Assembly (NCBI GenBank): GCA_951406725.2
Contig: OX597817.1
Location: 84,754,001-84,818,000, forward strand
Source: Octopus vulgaris
Taxonomy: Eukaryota
DNA length: 64,000 nt
Reading direction: 5' to 3'
The notes beneath the pieces were generated by a model. That model was not told the DNA's origin. It saw only the letters and a program-made list of their open reading frames with translations, and searched no databases. Within the stretch, counting starts at the first letter, position 1. Each line of letters starts with the position of its first letter. Positions 52,032 through 64,000 of this stretch are shown here, in pieces. Both the position numbers and the translations under genes were made by a program.

Positions 52032-53446
52032 TTTGATCCTTTCACCCGCACGATTTTCACTAAGAAAAAAAAAACAAACTCGGATTTTTTGCGAGGAATC
52101 AAGTGCCCTGACCCCCTAATATGCTGCAAACCCCTTATTTTTGTTCGTAAATTCCAGGAATCATTGGAATTTTTTTTTTTTTAATGAATTCTGGTGACCT
52201 CCTAATATGCTACAAAACCCTTTTTCGGGTCCGGAAAACGGGGTGGGTGCGGTGGAAGCCTCGAAAATTTCACCCTCCACCCCCATTGATCTTTACACTC
52301 GGACGATTTTCACTAAGAAAAAAAAAACGAACTCGGATTTTTTGCATGGAATCAAGTACCCTGACCTCTTAATAGGCTGCAAACCCTTTATTTTTGTTTG
52401 GAAAAAAGGTGGGGGAAAACCGGACCCCACCTCCATATCTCAGAATCATTGGAAATTTTTTTTTTTATTGAATGAATTCTGGTGACCTAATATTTTACAA
52501 AACCCTTTTGGGGTTCGGAAAACGGGGTGGGGTGAGGTGGAACCCTCGGAAATTTCACCCCTATCCCCATTTTCAAATATTTTTTGCTATATATTTCTTT
52601 AGCCATAATCTTAGATAAACATTTTGCAGAAATACGTTTTCAAGAGAGTGCGGATTACATTAGACTGAAAATTCAAAGGTTTTAAGAGTGTGTGGATTAC
52701 ATAAGATTGAAAATTCAAAGAAGTTTGAAATAAGTTAGTGAAAATGCAGAGGTCATAGAAGTTAGTGGTAACGAAGTCTGTGGAGAGATAAAGAATGATA
52801 AATTCATCTAAAAAAAAACACGTTTTTGCATGGATGTGTGAAACGAAGTAAAAGTATAATATTAAAACAAAATACCTCTGCATTTTCACTAACTTATTTC
52901 AAATTTCTTTGAATGTTCAATCTAATGTAATCCACACACTCTTAAAAACGTACTTCTACAAAATGTTATCTAAAATTATAGGTAAAAAGAAAAATAGTAA
53001 AAAAATTTGAAAATGTGGGTGAGGGTGAGATTTCCGAGGTTTCCACCTCACCTCACCCCACTTTCTGGACCCCAAAAAGGGTTTTGTAGTATATTAGGAG
53101 GTCACCAGAATTCATTCAATAAAAAAAGAATTTCCAATGATTCTGGGATGGAGGTGCTGGCTTCCCACCTACCCCTTTTTTCCAAACAAAAACAAGGGGT
53201 TTGCAGTATATTAGGAAGTCAGGGTACTAGATTTCATACAAAAAATCTGTGTTTCTTTCGTTTTTCTTAGTGAAAATTGTGTGATTGAATAGAACAATCG
53301 AGTGGAAGGGGGTGAAATTTGCAGAGCCAAAAAAGGGTTTTGTAGCATATCAGGAGGTCACTGGAATTCATTCAACGGAAAAAAAATTGTCCAATGTTTC
53401 CAGGATATGGAATCCTTGGAAAATCGTGTGGGTGCAAGGATCAAAT
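52032..53446. mobile_element. About 1.4-kb fold-back DNA element with modular, internally repeated arms
   Basis: Termini ttgatcctttcacccgcacgattttc / gaaaatcgtgtgggtgcaaggatcaa; about 255-bp subunit duplicated in the left arm; arms converge on a spacer near 52755-52870; partial copies at 61790-61990 and 62880-63060. Confidence 0.8.
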
Positions 53447-53689
53447 AATACCAAAAAATGTTATTATTATTAAGGCTGCAAGCTGGCAGAATCGTTAGCA
53501 TGCCAGTCAAAATGCTTAGCTACATTTTGTCTGTCTTCACACAAATTCCGCCAAGGTCGACTTTGCCTTTCATCCTTTCAGGGTCGATAAATTAAGTACC
53601 AGTGAAACACTGGAGTTGATGTAATCAACTCGTCCCCTTCTCCAAAATTTCAGGCCTTGTGCCTATAGTAGAAAGGATTATTATTATTA

Positions 53690-54250
53690 GTAGCTGAATG
53701 ACCCAGCATTGCCCAGGTTACTGCTGTACTTATTCAGATTAGCAAACAATAAAAATGAAGATATATTTTTTTCTCATAATTATTTTAAAATATCTATATT
53801 TTATTTTTAAAAAATCCAAATTGTAATGCTAATAGAATTTAGAACTGAAGATCTGTCAATCTTGAAGCACCTCAGGGTAAACAATATTCATTGTGTAATT
53901 TTTTGTTGGTGTCCAAATAAATAAATTGTTGCTACTTCCAACTCATGAGCAAGCAGCATAGAGTTGGCCATGGGAGAAGTATGTAGTAGAGAGATCAAGT
54001 CCAACTACCCTGAGGGATTGACCCTGAGATTTGTTGACTGAAGCCTCTTAAATTCCAAATGGAACATTTGTATGTATGAGAGGAATTTTTAGAATAAGAA
54101 CATTTTCTCCTTTGTGACTACCTGTTATGATTGTTGCCTCTAGGATATGGGTCTTCATGGAGGTAACAATAAAGCAAGTTCCATTACACAGGTGAGATGG
54201 GTCAAGATTCCTAAGCAACATAATGGGAGCACCCAGCTTTAGTGTAGATG
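53690..54250 (-). mobile_element. Helitron 3' fragment (PIF1-like helicase C-terminus and 3' hairpin)
   Basis: Minus translation LKLGAPIMLLRNLDPSHLCNGT...ILEATIITGSHKGENVLILKIPLI...NKSQGQSL...HGQLYAACS; end cctgggcaatgctgggtcattcagcta. Confidence 0.85.
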
Positions 54251-54350
54251 TGTGTATTTAATAATATACCTAACAAACACACAAACATACACACACTCAT
54301 GGACACACATACACATTGATATACAAAATGTGACAACAGTCACATACATA

Positions 54351-54781
54351 CAGTTCTATATTTAAGAGATGAGGAATTATGTACATTATTTATATTATTT
54401 ACATTCGACAGATATTTGTCCTCATCTTGTTTGTTGTTAACACAATGTTTCGGCTGATATACTCTCTAGCCTTCTTCGGGTGTCTTGGGGAAATTTTGAA
54501 CTTGGGTTCTCATTCCTAAGGTATTTTTCGATGTTGTTGTTATTATTATTATTATTATTATTACTATTGTTCAGGTCACTGCTTGGAATTGAACTTAGAA
54601 TCTTGGGGTTAATAGCCCTTGCTCTTAACCCCAAGATTCTAAGTTCGATTCCAAGCAGTGACCTGAACAATAGGAATAATAATAATAATTATAATAATAA
54701 TAATGGTAATAATAATATAATAATAACATTGAAAAATACCTTAGGAATGAGAACCCAGGTTCAAAATTTCCCCAAGACACC
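54351..54781 (-). mobile_element. tRNA-head/hammerhead SINE-like element, copy 2, with inverted 5' duplication (palindrome 54479-54781)
   Basis: Same 3' end (cagttctatatttaagagatgagg on plus) and body as 60994-61259; hammerhead core mutated to CCGAAGA. Confidence 0.85.
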
Positions 54782-55149
54782 TTATCTACGTTCTGAGTTA
54801 AAATGCCTCTGGGGTCGACTTTGCCTTTCATCCTTTCAGGATCTATAAATTAAGTAACAGCTGACCACCTCATCTGAAATTTCAGGTCTTGTGCCTATAG
54901 TAGAAAGGATTACTATTATTATAGCAGTGAGCTAGCAGGATCATTAGCACCCCAGACAAAATGCTTAACAGCATTTCGTTCTGAGTTCAGATTCTGCTGA
55001 GATAGATTTTGCCTTTCATCCTCTTGAGGTCAATAAATTTTGTACTTGTAGAGCACTGGAGTCTATTATTTAGTAGTCTTACTTTTATCACAGGCTTTCA
55101 CTATCCTACCAAGCAGTGAAAGCCTGTGTGCTTCGGTTTATTTTGGTAG

Positions 55150-55640
55150 TGTTATTTTCACTATGTTGAAAGTGCTTTACGTAGGATGTGTGCAATACCT
55201 AGCAGTGCTATTTTCTGTATGTTATATATTTTCTTAAGACCTGGTGTTTTGGTTATGCATTTATCTGTATGTTTTCTAGCCACACCTAATGTACCTATTA
55301 TTATAGGGATTGTTTCTGTTTTTAGACTTAGTTTTCAGGCTCCATATTCTGTTAATCTCTATTTCTAAATCTTTGCATTTCAAGAGATTCTCTGATTGTT
55401 TTAGAAATACATTGTCATCTTTTGGGATTGATACATCGATTAGAAAGCATATTTTTCTTAGTGATCCCTGTTAATAATATCTGGTATATTAGCTTTCATC
55501 TCTCTCTCTTTCTGTATTGGCATATTCTGGAGTATGCGCTATCATTTTCTGAGACCTTTTGTAGAATATGCCTATATGATCTTTTTGTTTTGATGTTATC
55601 AGTAGTGTAACTGGGGATGCACAAACCTGTGAGATACCTA
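55150..55640 (-). mobile_element. R4/Dong-like non-LTR element, restriction-like endonuclease C-terminus
   Basis: Minus translation CFLIDVSIPKDDNV..KCKDLEIEINRIWSL..TETIPIIIGTLG...IQKIALLGIAHILRKALST*. Confidence 0.8.
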
Positions 55641-55649
55641 GTAGGTTTA

Positions 55650-56370
55650 TCCATGTCAACCTCCACCTCATGCAATACATTATAGTACGGGTTGGAAATA
55701 GATCTGGCATTGGAGGGGTACTGATCAATTTGGACCTGTTCAAAGCATTTGACAGAATGGCCCATCTCTATCGGTGGCTGTCCTAAAAGCTGTTGGGTTC
55801 AGTCCAGTCTTCAGAGAATGGATCACCACAATGTATAGTGGCATCTGCTCAGTTGTCAAATTAAATGGCCACCTCTCAAAACCTTTCAGTATTGAATCCC
55901 CTCTCACCACTTTTATATGTTTTGGCATTAAAATCTTTTCTGCAAAAATTGAAGAATTTGAAGTATATTCTGCTGGAAGTAGGCCACAAGAAACTTGTAC
56001 CTGCATATGTGGACAATATCACTGTCGTGGTGTCAGAGTCTACTGATATAGGAATGATTGACACTGTACTGAAAGAATATCAGACATGTATCAGAGCACC
56101 CATAAACCAGAACAAATCAGTGGGTTTGCAACTAGCCTCTTGAAGAGACAAGTCCATGTTAACTAGTGGCTATTTCTGTCACTGGTTGGAGGGTCCAGTG
56201 AAAGTACTCAGAGTCTGGTTAGGACCAGATCTTCAGGTAGATAGAAACTGGGAAGAGGTCATGGTCAGATTGACCAAACTCACTCAGAAATGGGCAGAAA
56301 GGAAGCTATTACTGAAAGGCTGGGTGGAAGTAGCAAATGCATTCATTGCCTTGGTAGTGCACTAATGCCT
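55650..56370 (+). mobile_element. L1/Tx1-like LINE RT fragment
   Basis: LINLDLFKAFDR, LKAVGFSPVFREWI, LNGHLSKPF, PLSPLLYVLAL, AYVDNIT, INQNKS. Confidence 0.85.
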
Positions 56371-57230
56371 ATCCATCTTAGCATGTTCCAACAGAACTGT
56401 GACCAGATTGGAGCACTTGCTTTTTCAATTCTTACAGTGTCAGTCTGAAAACTAAAGTAAGTGTAGACAAATCTTGTATTTTGAGCACACTTTTGTATGG
56501 GGCAGAAGCATGGATGTCCCACTATAGACATAAAGAAACTCAAAACCTTTCACATGTGCTGTCTGTGCAATATCTGCATCATAAAATGGCAAAATAGATA
56601 TCAAATGTCAAAATCTTAGAAAAATGTAATATCTCCAGCACTAGCATAGCTAGAGTGTGTTCTGCCTGGGGCAGCCCTTCTGTTTGCCACCCCTGGACCC
56701 CACAAAAAATACATATTGCCTACAGCGGACTCAAAAGTGCTGCCCCTTTAAATGTGCCACCCGGGGTGGACTACCCCTACCATCAACCCAGCTCTGCTAG
56801 AAATTTCCAGTATCAAAAGCATGTTGCTGAGAATTCAGTGCAGATGGGTAGGACATGTTCAAATAAAAGATGACAACATTCCAAAAATTCTTTTGAATGG
56901 CCAACAAGTAGAGGAATACCACAATAAAGGAAGACCGATCCTTAGGTATAAGGATAATTTGAAGTAATTACTAAAGTCTCTACTGCTTAACTTGACATCT
57001 TGGGCAGTCATTGCCAAGATCAATTTGCATGGCATAAAATGTGCCATGATGCATCAAAACAATCTGAGTTGAAGAAACAGAACGATAAAAAAATTATATC
57101 TTGCCACCAACAGACACATTTGCCCAATCCCAAGCAAAATCAAAATCATCAGTGTCCCCAGTGTGACTTCATAGCAAAATCCATACCTGGACTCAAACTA
57201 CATTCCATTGCAAACAGATGCTGCTTCTTT
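56370..57230 (+). mobile_element. RTE (BovB-like) LINE 3' fragment interrupted by a roughly 160-bp MITE (56641-56800)
   Basis: LYGAEAW; RWVGHV..DDNIPKILL..GRPILRYKDNLK; terminal C2H2-like CPQCDFIAKSIPGLKLH; MITE ends ctagcatagc/gctctgctag. Confidence 0.75.
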
Positions 57231-57682
57231 TATTTTTAAAGCTTTTTTTTGTCTCACATTTTCTCTTTTCCTCAATTTCTTTGCTGTAAATCCTCTCCTT
57301 CAAACACTCATACATCAAAATCAATGGGAGTGATCATTATTAAGGTGGTAAGCTAACAGAATCATTAGCATGCTGGGCAAAATGCTTGGTAGCATTTTGT
57401 CCATCTTAATGTTTTGAGTTCAAATTCTGCTAAAGTTGACTTTGCCTTTCATCTTTTCAGGATTGATAAATTAAATACAAGTTGAGCACTAGGGTTGATG
57501 TTTTCAACTACCCACCCCCACCAACTTTCAGGCTTTGTACCTAGAGTAGAAAGGATTATTATTATTAACTAATGGGACTTGTGAATATTAGATTGCTTGG
57601 AAACAGGTAAGGGTTGCTGAAAGGAAGGCATCTGGTTGTAGAAAATCTGCCTCAACAAAATTTAATTTGACTTATGCGGACA

Positions 57683-57910
57683 TTAACCCTCTAGCATTTA
57701 AACTAGCCACATCCAGTCAAAATATTCTGCTTGTTTTAAGTTCAAACTGACTAGATCCAGCTTCTCACATCTACCCAACAATGTCAGTCCAAAAATAAAC
57801 AATCCCATCTTCGAAATCTCAAAGCTATGAGATAATGCATGATTAACTCAAAGCAATCTGAATAAATAAGCATTATGTTTAACAAAATAATCTGAATGTT
57901 AATGAGTTAA
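57683..57910. mobile_element. piggyBac-like MITE flanked by TTAA
   Basis: TTAA|CCCTCTAGCATTTAAA ... TCTGAATGTTAATGAG|TTAA. Confidence 0.6.
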
Positions 57911-60109
57911 ATGATGGAATTGATGATAATGCTTGTATCTTATGTCAAATACTTAAGAAAATCACTACTGTCAAAATATTGGTTATAAACTTTGTTTTAA
58001 TCTGCTGTTAGAAAAATCTTCTGTAAAATATTACAATATCTTTTTTTTGTTTTTTTTCTAAGACAAATACAACTTTTCTCCAATGCTATATACTTAACCT
58101 TTGACTGTTAACAGTATTCTAATAAGATGATGTAACTGCTTTTCTTGGTTGGTCAGTCTGCCTGCCTGTATTCTAGTAAGATGATGTAATCTGACTGATT
58201 TTCTTGGTTGGTCAGTCTGCCTGCTTGCCTGTCTTGGTCAGTCAGTCTGTCAATCTGTCTCAGTTTATCTGCCTGTCTGTCTCAGTTGGTTGGCTTCTCT
58301 GCCTGCCTGCCTGTCTCAGTAAGTCAGTTTCTCTGCCTGCTTGTCTCAATCAGTTGGTCAGCTTCCGTGTGTGTGTGTGTGTGTTTATGCACACACATAT
58401 CTATATACACTTATTATTTTATATATCACTGTATCAACCAGTCTCTCAGATGTTATACACCACTAGTCAAAACCTGCTTCCTCACATTGTGGTAGCTTTC
58501 AAATGATACCACTCCCACTGGCTAGGATAGCAGGTCAACATTCTCTTTGAGTGGAGTGCCATATTCATATACAGCTGAGTAGGCTGGAGCAATGTGATGA
58601 AATAAAGCATGGCCCAGAAATTGAAATCACAATCTTGTGGTTGTGAGTGCAACACCCTAACCACTCAGCCATGCACTGTCATATATATGTATGTGTGTGT
58701 GTGTAACTACAGTGATATCGATAGTTGATCAAAGCTCTATGCAAACAAACAGCAACACCATTAAAAACACAACTGATATATACTAAAAATGCTTTAAAAC
58801 ATTAATGTTGCAGTAAACAATAGATTATCAACAGCTGAATAACAACAATGGGACAACTAAACAATATGATATTGACTGATTAAGTCCAGTTTTAATAAAT
58901 GAGGTAATGCTATGTAGGTTTTTCAACTGAAAGAAATAACTGGATTTCAATAATAGCTTTCAATCAACTTTATCAGATATTGTTCTAACAGCCATTGATC
59001 TAAATATATATATGTATCACTATCATTTAAAAAGAGAGATACAGACTAGACATCTTGTTTTATTGACATTTCTAAGTCTTGTTAATTTCTAAAAGAGAAA
59101 ATCTGAAACACAAACCCGAAAATCCCTGAATCATGGAATTTTAAAATCTGTAATAAATGCAGGCATGGCTATGTAGGTAAGAGGCTTGCTTACGAACCAT
59201 GTGGTCTAGGGTTCATTCTCACTTTTGCCAAGTGTTTTCCACTATAGTTCCAGGCCAATCAAAGGCCTGTGAGTGCAGTTGGTTGACAGAAACTGAAAGA
59301 AGCTTGTTGTGTGGATGTGTGTGTGTCTGTCTATGTCTGTGTGTCTTTGTGTTGTGTTTGTCCCCCACCACACTTAACAAGCAGTGTTAGTCTACTTGCA
59401 CCCTCATAACTTAATGGTTTGGTAAAATGATCAATAGGATAAATACTGGGGTTGATTTGTTCAACTATGCCCTCCAAGGTACTGCCCTAGCATGGCTGCA
59501 GTTCAGTGACTGAAACAAGTAAAATTATAAATATATGATTAGATTTCACATGTAATTCAATAAAACATTCTGAGTTCTTCATATCGTTTAAAAAAAAAAA
59601 TTTAAGCAGCATTCAAAGTATGAGTTCATTGTATTGGGACACACTTATTAAATACGTTCTGGAATAAAAAAATTTATGTACTGTCATTGAAAAATTTTAA
59701 CTGGAAAAATGCAGAATTATTAGAGTTATGGGCATTGAAAGTGTACATGCGTCAAGAAAGTGCAATAATAAAGTTTGGCAGTTGAAAACTGTGAGTAGTG
59801 AAATGCAGAATTAGGTCCGCTGATCGTGAGAATCAAATATTGATTGCTTCGCTAAAAACTAACAACTGTAAGTGCAGGTGGTATGGATTATTTCCCTTGG
59901 GTGTTTAAAAAAATTAGTTATATGAGGTAGATATAAAGATCCCTCCAAGGGGCCATATTATTGATTTTTTCAACAATCTAAGTATGTCTTGAGGTTTCAG
60001 ACATGAGTTCTACTCACATGACAAGTTTCACCAAAATCAATAAAATGATGTAGGAGGAGTTAGCTAACATCGCCACAAACAAACACACACCGATTTTCCA
60101 CATATGTAG

Positions 60110-60153
<44 letters not shown>

Positions 60154-60993
60154 ATCATCAACATCATATGTGTATATATATATATGTATATGTATACCCA
60201 GGAACAGAGTTTCATTTCATGGTTTTTTTTTTCTTTTCCTGGTTATTTTGCATGCTTTCAACAAATGTGACATCAAAATCATGCGTAAACGGCTCCTTTC
60301 CCCGGAAAAGGAAAGATTTGGCTGCTATTTCTTGAACACCCTGTTACTATGTAACAGGTATTTCTGGTCCTTTATCGCAAATAGCAGTTACAGGGTAGCA
60401 GGTCATACTAGAAACTGCAGCCAAATCATTGGAGCTGAGATATATTGAATGCACTTGAAAAAATTTTGTAATGGTTTTCCTTTGGGGCGATCTTTCACTT
60501 TGGCTCTCAGAACTGACATCCAGTTCAGCTTGTTTTGTTCGTTAATTTCCGTAAAAAGTTTTTATTTATTTACTTTTGTTTAAAGTGAAAGATAAAATGA
60601 ACATGCGTGTGTGTGTAAGAGAGAGAGAGAGTGTCACTTACACATACATGGTCTCTCTCTCTCTCACACACATGCACATGTACATACAAAAAAGATGTAT
60701 GCATATGTATTGATGTATGTATGTATGCATGACAACACACCCCTTCACTCACTCTCGCTCTCTCTTCTTCTTTCTTTCTCTCTCTCTTTCATACACACAT
60801 GTCCATTTCATATACATACATCTTTGACTTTCTCTTCTCATTCATTTTAAAACAAAAGTAAATAAAGAATAAAAAGTTTTGAATGGTACAACGATGCACT
60901 ATAATACAAAAAATTTGACTATATACTTGTAATTTAGTTATCCATAAATAAATAAAAGTTTTTTTTATGAAAATTAACGACTTGAAAATAATT

Positions 60994-61273
60994 CAGTTCT
61001 ATATTTAAGAGATGAGGAATTATGTACATTATTTACAATTGATGGATATTTGTCCTCATCTTGTTTGTTGTTAACACAATGTTTCAGCTGATATACCCTC
61101 CAGCCTTCATCAGGTGTCTTGGGGAAATTTTGAACCTGGGTTCTCATTCCTAAAGTATTTTTTGATGCTGTTTATTATTATTATTATTATTCATGTCGCT
61201 GCCTGGAATCGAACTCGGAATCTTGGGGTTAGTAGCCCGTGCTCTTAACCACTATGCCAGCATAGTGGTTAAG
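60994..61273 (-). mobile_element. tRNA-head/hammerhead SINE-like element, copy 1
   Basis: Minus strand: A box TGGCATAGTGG (61259-61249), B box GAGTTCGATTCC (61216-61205), (AAT)n, hammerhead 61118-61073, tail; 14-bp inverted copy of the 5' end at 61260-61273. Confidence 0.85.
61073..61118 (-). ncRNA. Minimal type-I hammerhead ribozyme motif
   Basis: GACAC-CUGAUGA-A-GGCUG-gaggguauau-CAGCU-GAAAC-AUU-GUGUU; stem I GACAC/GUGUU. Confidence 0.75.
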
Positions 61274-61314
61274 TCCGATAGATCTATCATTTTAATGAAT
61301 TTTAATTACCTTTC

Positions 61315-61513
61315 GTCTGGCACCTGTGTCGGTGGCACATAATATCACCCACTACACTCTCGGAGTGGTTGGCGTTAGGAAGGGCATCCAGCTGTAGAAA
61401 CACTGCCAGATCTGACTGGCCTGGTGCAGCCTTCGGGCTCCCCAGACCCCAATTGAACCGTCCAACCCATGCTAGCATGGAAAGCGGACGTTAAATGATG
61501 ATGATGATGATGA
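61315..61513 (+). mobile_element. RTE-tail SINE 3' part ending in (GAT)n
   Basis: ggttggcgttaggaagggcatccagc...ccaacccatgctagcatggaaagcggacgttaaa(tga)n; older minus copies near 16940, 20325, 26885, 28255. Confidence 0.8.
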
Positions 61514-62122
61514 TATCTGAAAAGAAACAACAACTTTAGCAAAACATATTAAGCAACACTAATAATAAATCAAAAAAATATTAAAATAAACAAGCTTTTG
61601 ATGGTTTTATAGATATTTCAAAATATGATGCTATGATGCTTGGTGTTTCCATTATTTTGTCCAAACCCTGTATATATGCATACACACACACATTTCATAG
61701 TCAACGACTTCAGAAAAATATTTTTGGCATAAAATACACACAATATAAATGTTAACACATTAATTCATAGAGTACCAACTAGTAAATATTTATTTAATAA
61801 GAAACCATGTAATCCACACTTCTCGAAAACGTATTTCTGTAAAATGTGTGTGTGTGGGGGGAGGGGGTATTTCCAAGGGTTCCCACCCACCCAACCCCCG
61901 TTTTCCGGACAAAAAATAGTGTTTTGTGGCATATTAGGGGGTCATTGTAATTCATTCAATGAAAAAAAAAAAAAAATTGAAAAAATGATTAATATTGACA
62001 TTATTATCCGGAAACGAAATTGGAAAAGAAAAAATACTGCAATGGGTGTAAAAAAAAAAGGTGTAGGAAACAAGTATGAAAACAAAAATCCCCGGAAAGC
62101 AATGCACGGTGGGAAGAGGCCT

Positions 62123-62536
62123 GGATCTTTTCGGTTTGAACGGCCGTTTTTAACATAATTTCTATGTAACTAAAAAATTTTAAACTTCATATACTGCTAG
62201 AATGTGTTTGTTTATAAAACATCTTTTTCTCTTGACTTTATTGAGAAAATTCTATAGTTTGTAAGATATTTGTTGTTTTTTTTTCTTTCTGCAATTTCTG
62301 CAATTTCAACCAATCAGTGACGTCTATTGAGTTAAAAAGCATTCTGTGCCGTATGAATATGTCCCTCGTTTAAGAAACAGATTGGGTTTATTTACACTTG
62401 TGAAGAAAAAATTTACCCTTTCCCCTAACCCTAAAAGAGATTGAAATGCAATAGATCGATTCTAGGGTCATAATTATGGGTGACAATTTCATATGACATC
62501 GCTAGAAAAAAACTGCCGTTCAAACCGAAAAGATCC
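62123..62536. mobile_element. Merlin-like MITE with 8-bp TSD
   Basis: TIR GGATCTTTTCGGTTTGAACGGC / GCCGTTCAAACCGAAAAGATCC; exact TSD AGAGGCCT at 62115-62122 and 62537-62544. Confidence 0.85.
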
Positions 62537-64000
62537 AGAGGCCTTCGGAAAATTCACAAGATCCGATGTTTTTCTCTCTTTTCGGAAAATGTTTTATTTT
62601 TCCAAATGAAATTTTATATAAATATCTTTGAAACGGTATAGATTACGATTATAAAGAAATTTGTAGGGAAAAACTTTTCCGAGAGGGTGGGGGAGAGGAC
62701 TTCGAAAAATTCACAAGATCCGAGTTTTTCCCTCGAAATTTTGAGGAAAATTTAATGCTTTTAAAATCACAAATTAGGCTTTTCCTCAGGAACTTAGATG
62801 CTAAACATCCCTTTGACGGGTTCGAATCCTTACGGCATCAACTTTTAGACATTATTTATTAAAAAAAACAAAAACAATTATAACAATATACAATGATTCC
62901 AGGATGGGGGGAGGGGTCGACCCCATCTTATTTCGAACAAAAACAAGGGGTTTGCGGCACATTAGGAAGTCAAGGTACTTGATTCCACGCAAAAATCCGA
63001 GGTTATTATTTTTTTTCTTAGTGAAACGGGTGGGGGTGTACTTCCCAAAATTTACCAAAGATTTATTTCTATGGTTAAATAATTAATAGATGTCAACACA
63101 AGTAATATTGGAGGAACATTTATATCAACAAGCTCTGACGTAAGTTGAATGAGATCGAAAACAAAAAATCGTTATACTACTGTGAACAAGGCCGGATTAA
63201 ACCTTACTTTGTCTTGAAAACAAAGAGGGCACCAAGAAAAGAGGGTGTCACAGAACTTACGCAATCCGAAAGATTGCCTAAGATAATAATTTATATTACA
63301 GGTATTTAGTGTTAAATAATTACATTAAATAAAAATTTAAATAAAAGCACGTTAAACTGGTGTGAAAGAAAACTAAAGTTTTAATCTCTTATTTCACAAC
63401 CAGTACTTATGTCTTGTCAGGCAAAGGACGGTCGAAGGGGACACCATTGTTATAGTCTGCTCAAGGACAACGTTTCTGCTAAGGTTTAAAAGGGAGAGTG
63501 GCTGTGAGAATTGAAAAAGAGGGGTTGACAAATTGCTGTGTTTAATAAATTTAAGGTGGTTTTAAAACTTGTACTGCACCAAGGTTAAGAAGAAAAAATT
63601 ATTATATGAATAAAAACGTTATTTAATTAATAAGGTGCACACAAAACAGCGAGAATCAATAAACTAACAATAACGTATCTATTCATTCTTGATACATTCT
63701 GGCAGATTCGAACCTCAATGTACTGATCGCTGTTGTATTTCTTCTTCGGAGAATATTTCTCTTTACATGTGTGTTCATAAACCGTGATTCGTGCTCTCTT
63801 AATAAAAAGGAACCTGATAGCAGAGGCCAGCTGAAAACAACGGCCACTCGTGCAGTTGTCCAGTCTGTCGTTTGTATTTCAGATCTTCCAGATTACAAGG
63901 AGTAAGGGAGATGAGAATATAATGAAATGAAAATTTTAAAATATGAGTATCTTTAGAGTGGAGTAAAGTTTATTTTAACTATTGCATAGATAAGCGTATC

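Noticed and set aside
61196-61259. tRNA gene
   Set aside because: Has A and B boxes but no acceptor stem, and it is the head of a repeated element.

Overview
AT-rich, microsatellite-dense eukaryotic genomic DNA; the SINE/LINE repertoire looks like a coleoid cephalopod such as Octopus (inference from recalled repeat patterns). Two convergent spliced genes are supported. The first is the last three coding exons of a phosphatidylcholine transfer protein (PCTP/STARD2, + strand, 2341-8595), one of whose acceptors has a U12-type branch point. The second is a complete two-exon CDS for a TP53INP/DOR autophagy cofactor (- strand, 25013-23025, 323 aa). The rest is mostly transposon debris: CR1, RTE, L1/Tx1 and R4-like LINEs, a Penelope-like RT, a Helitron, a pogo fragment, several MITEs and several tRNA-SINE families. 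The most notable unannotated signal is a set of about 14 minimal type-I hammerhead-ribozyme-like motifs in about 8 sequence families. Many lie in fold-back inverted repeats, one lies directly 3' of the Penelope-like RT, and one family joins a tRNA/Pol III head to a hammerhead tail (candidate Penelope-mobilised ribozyme SINE). All structures were folded by eye and repeat boundaries are approximate. Nearly all short ORFs in the supplied track are microsatellite artefacts.
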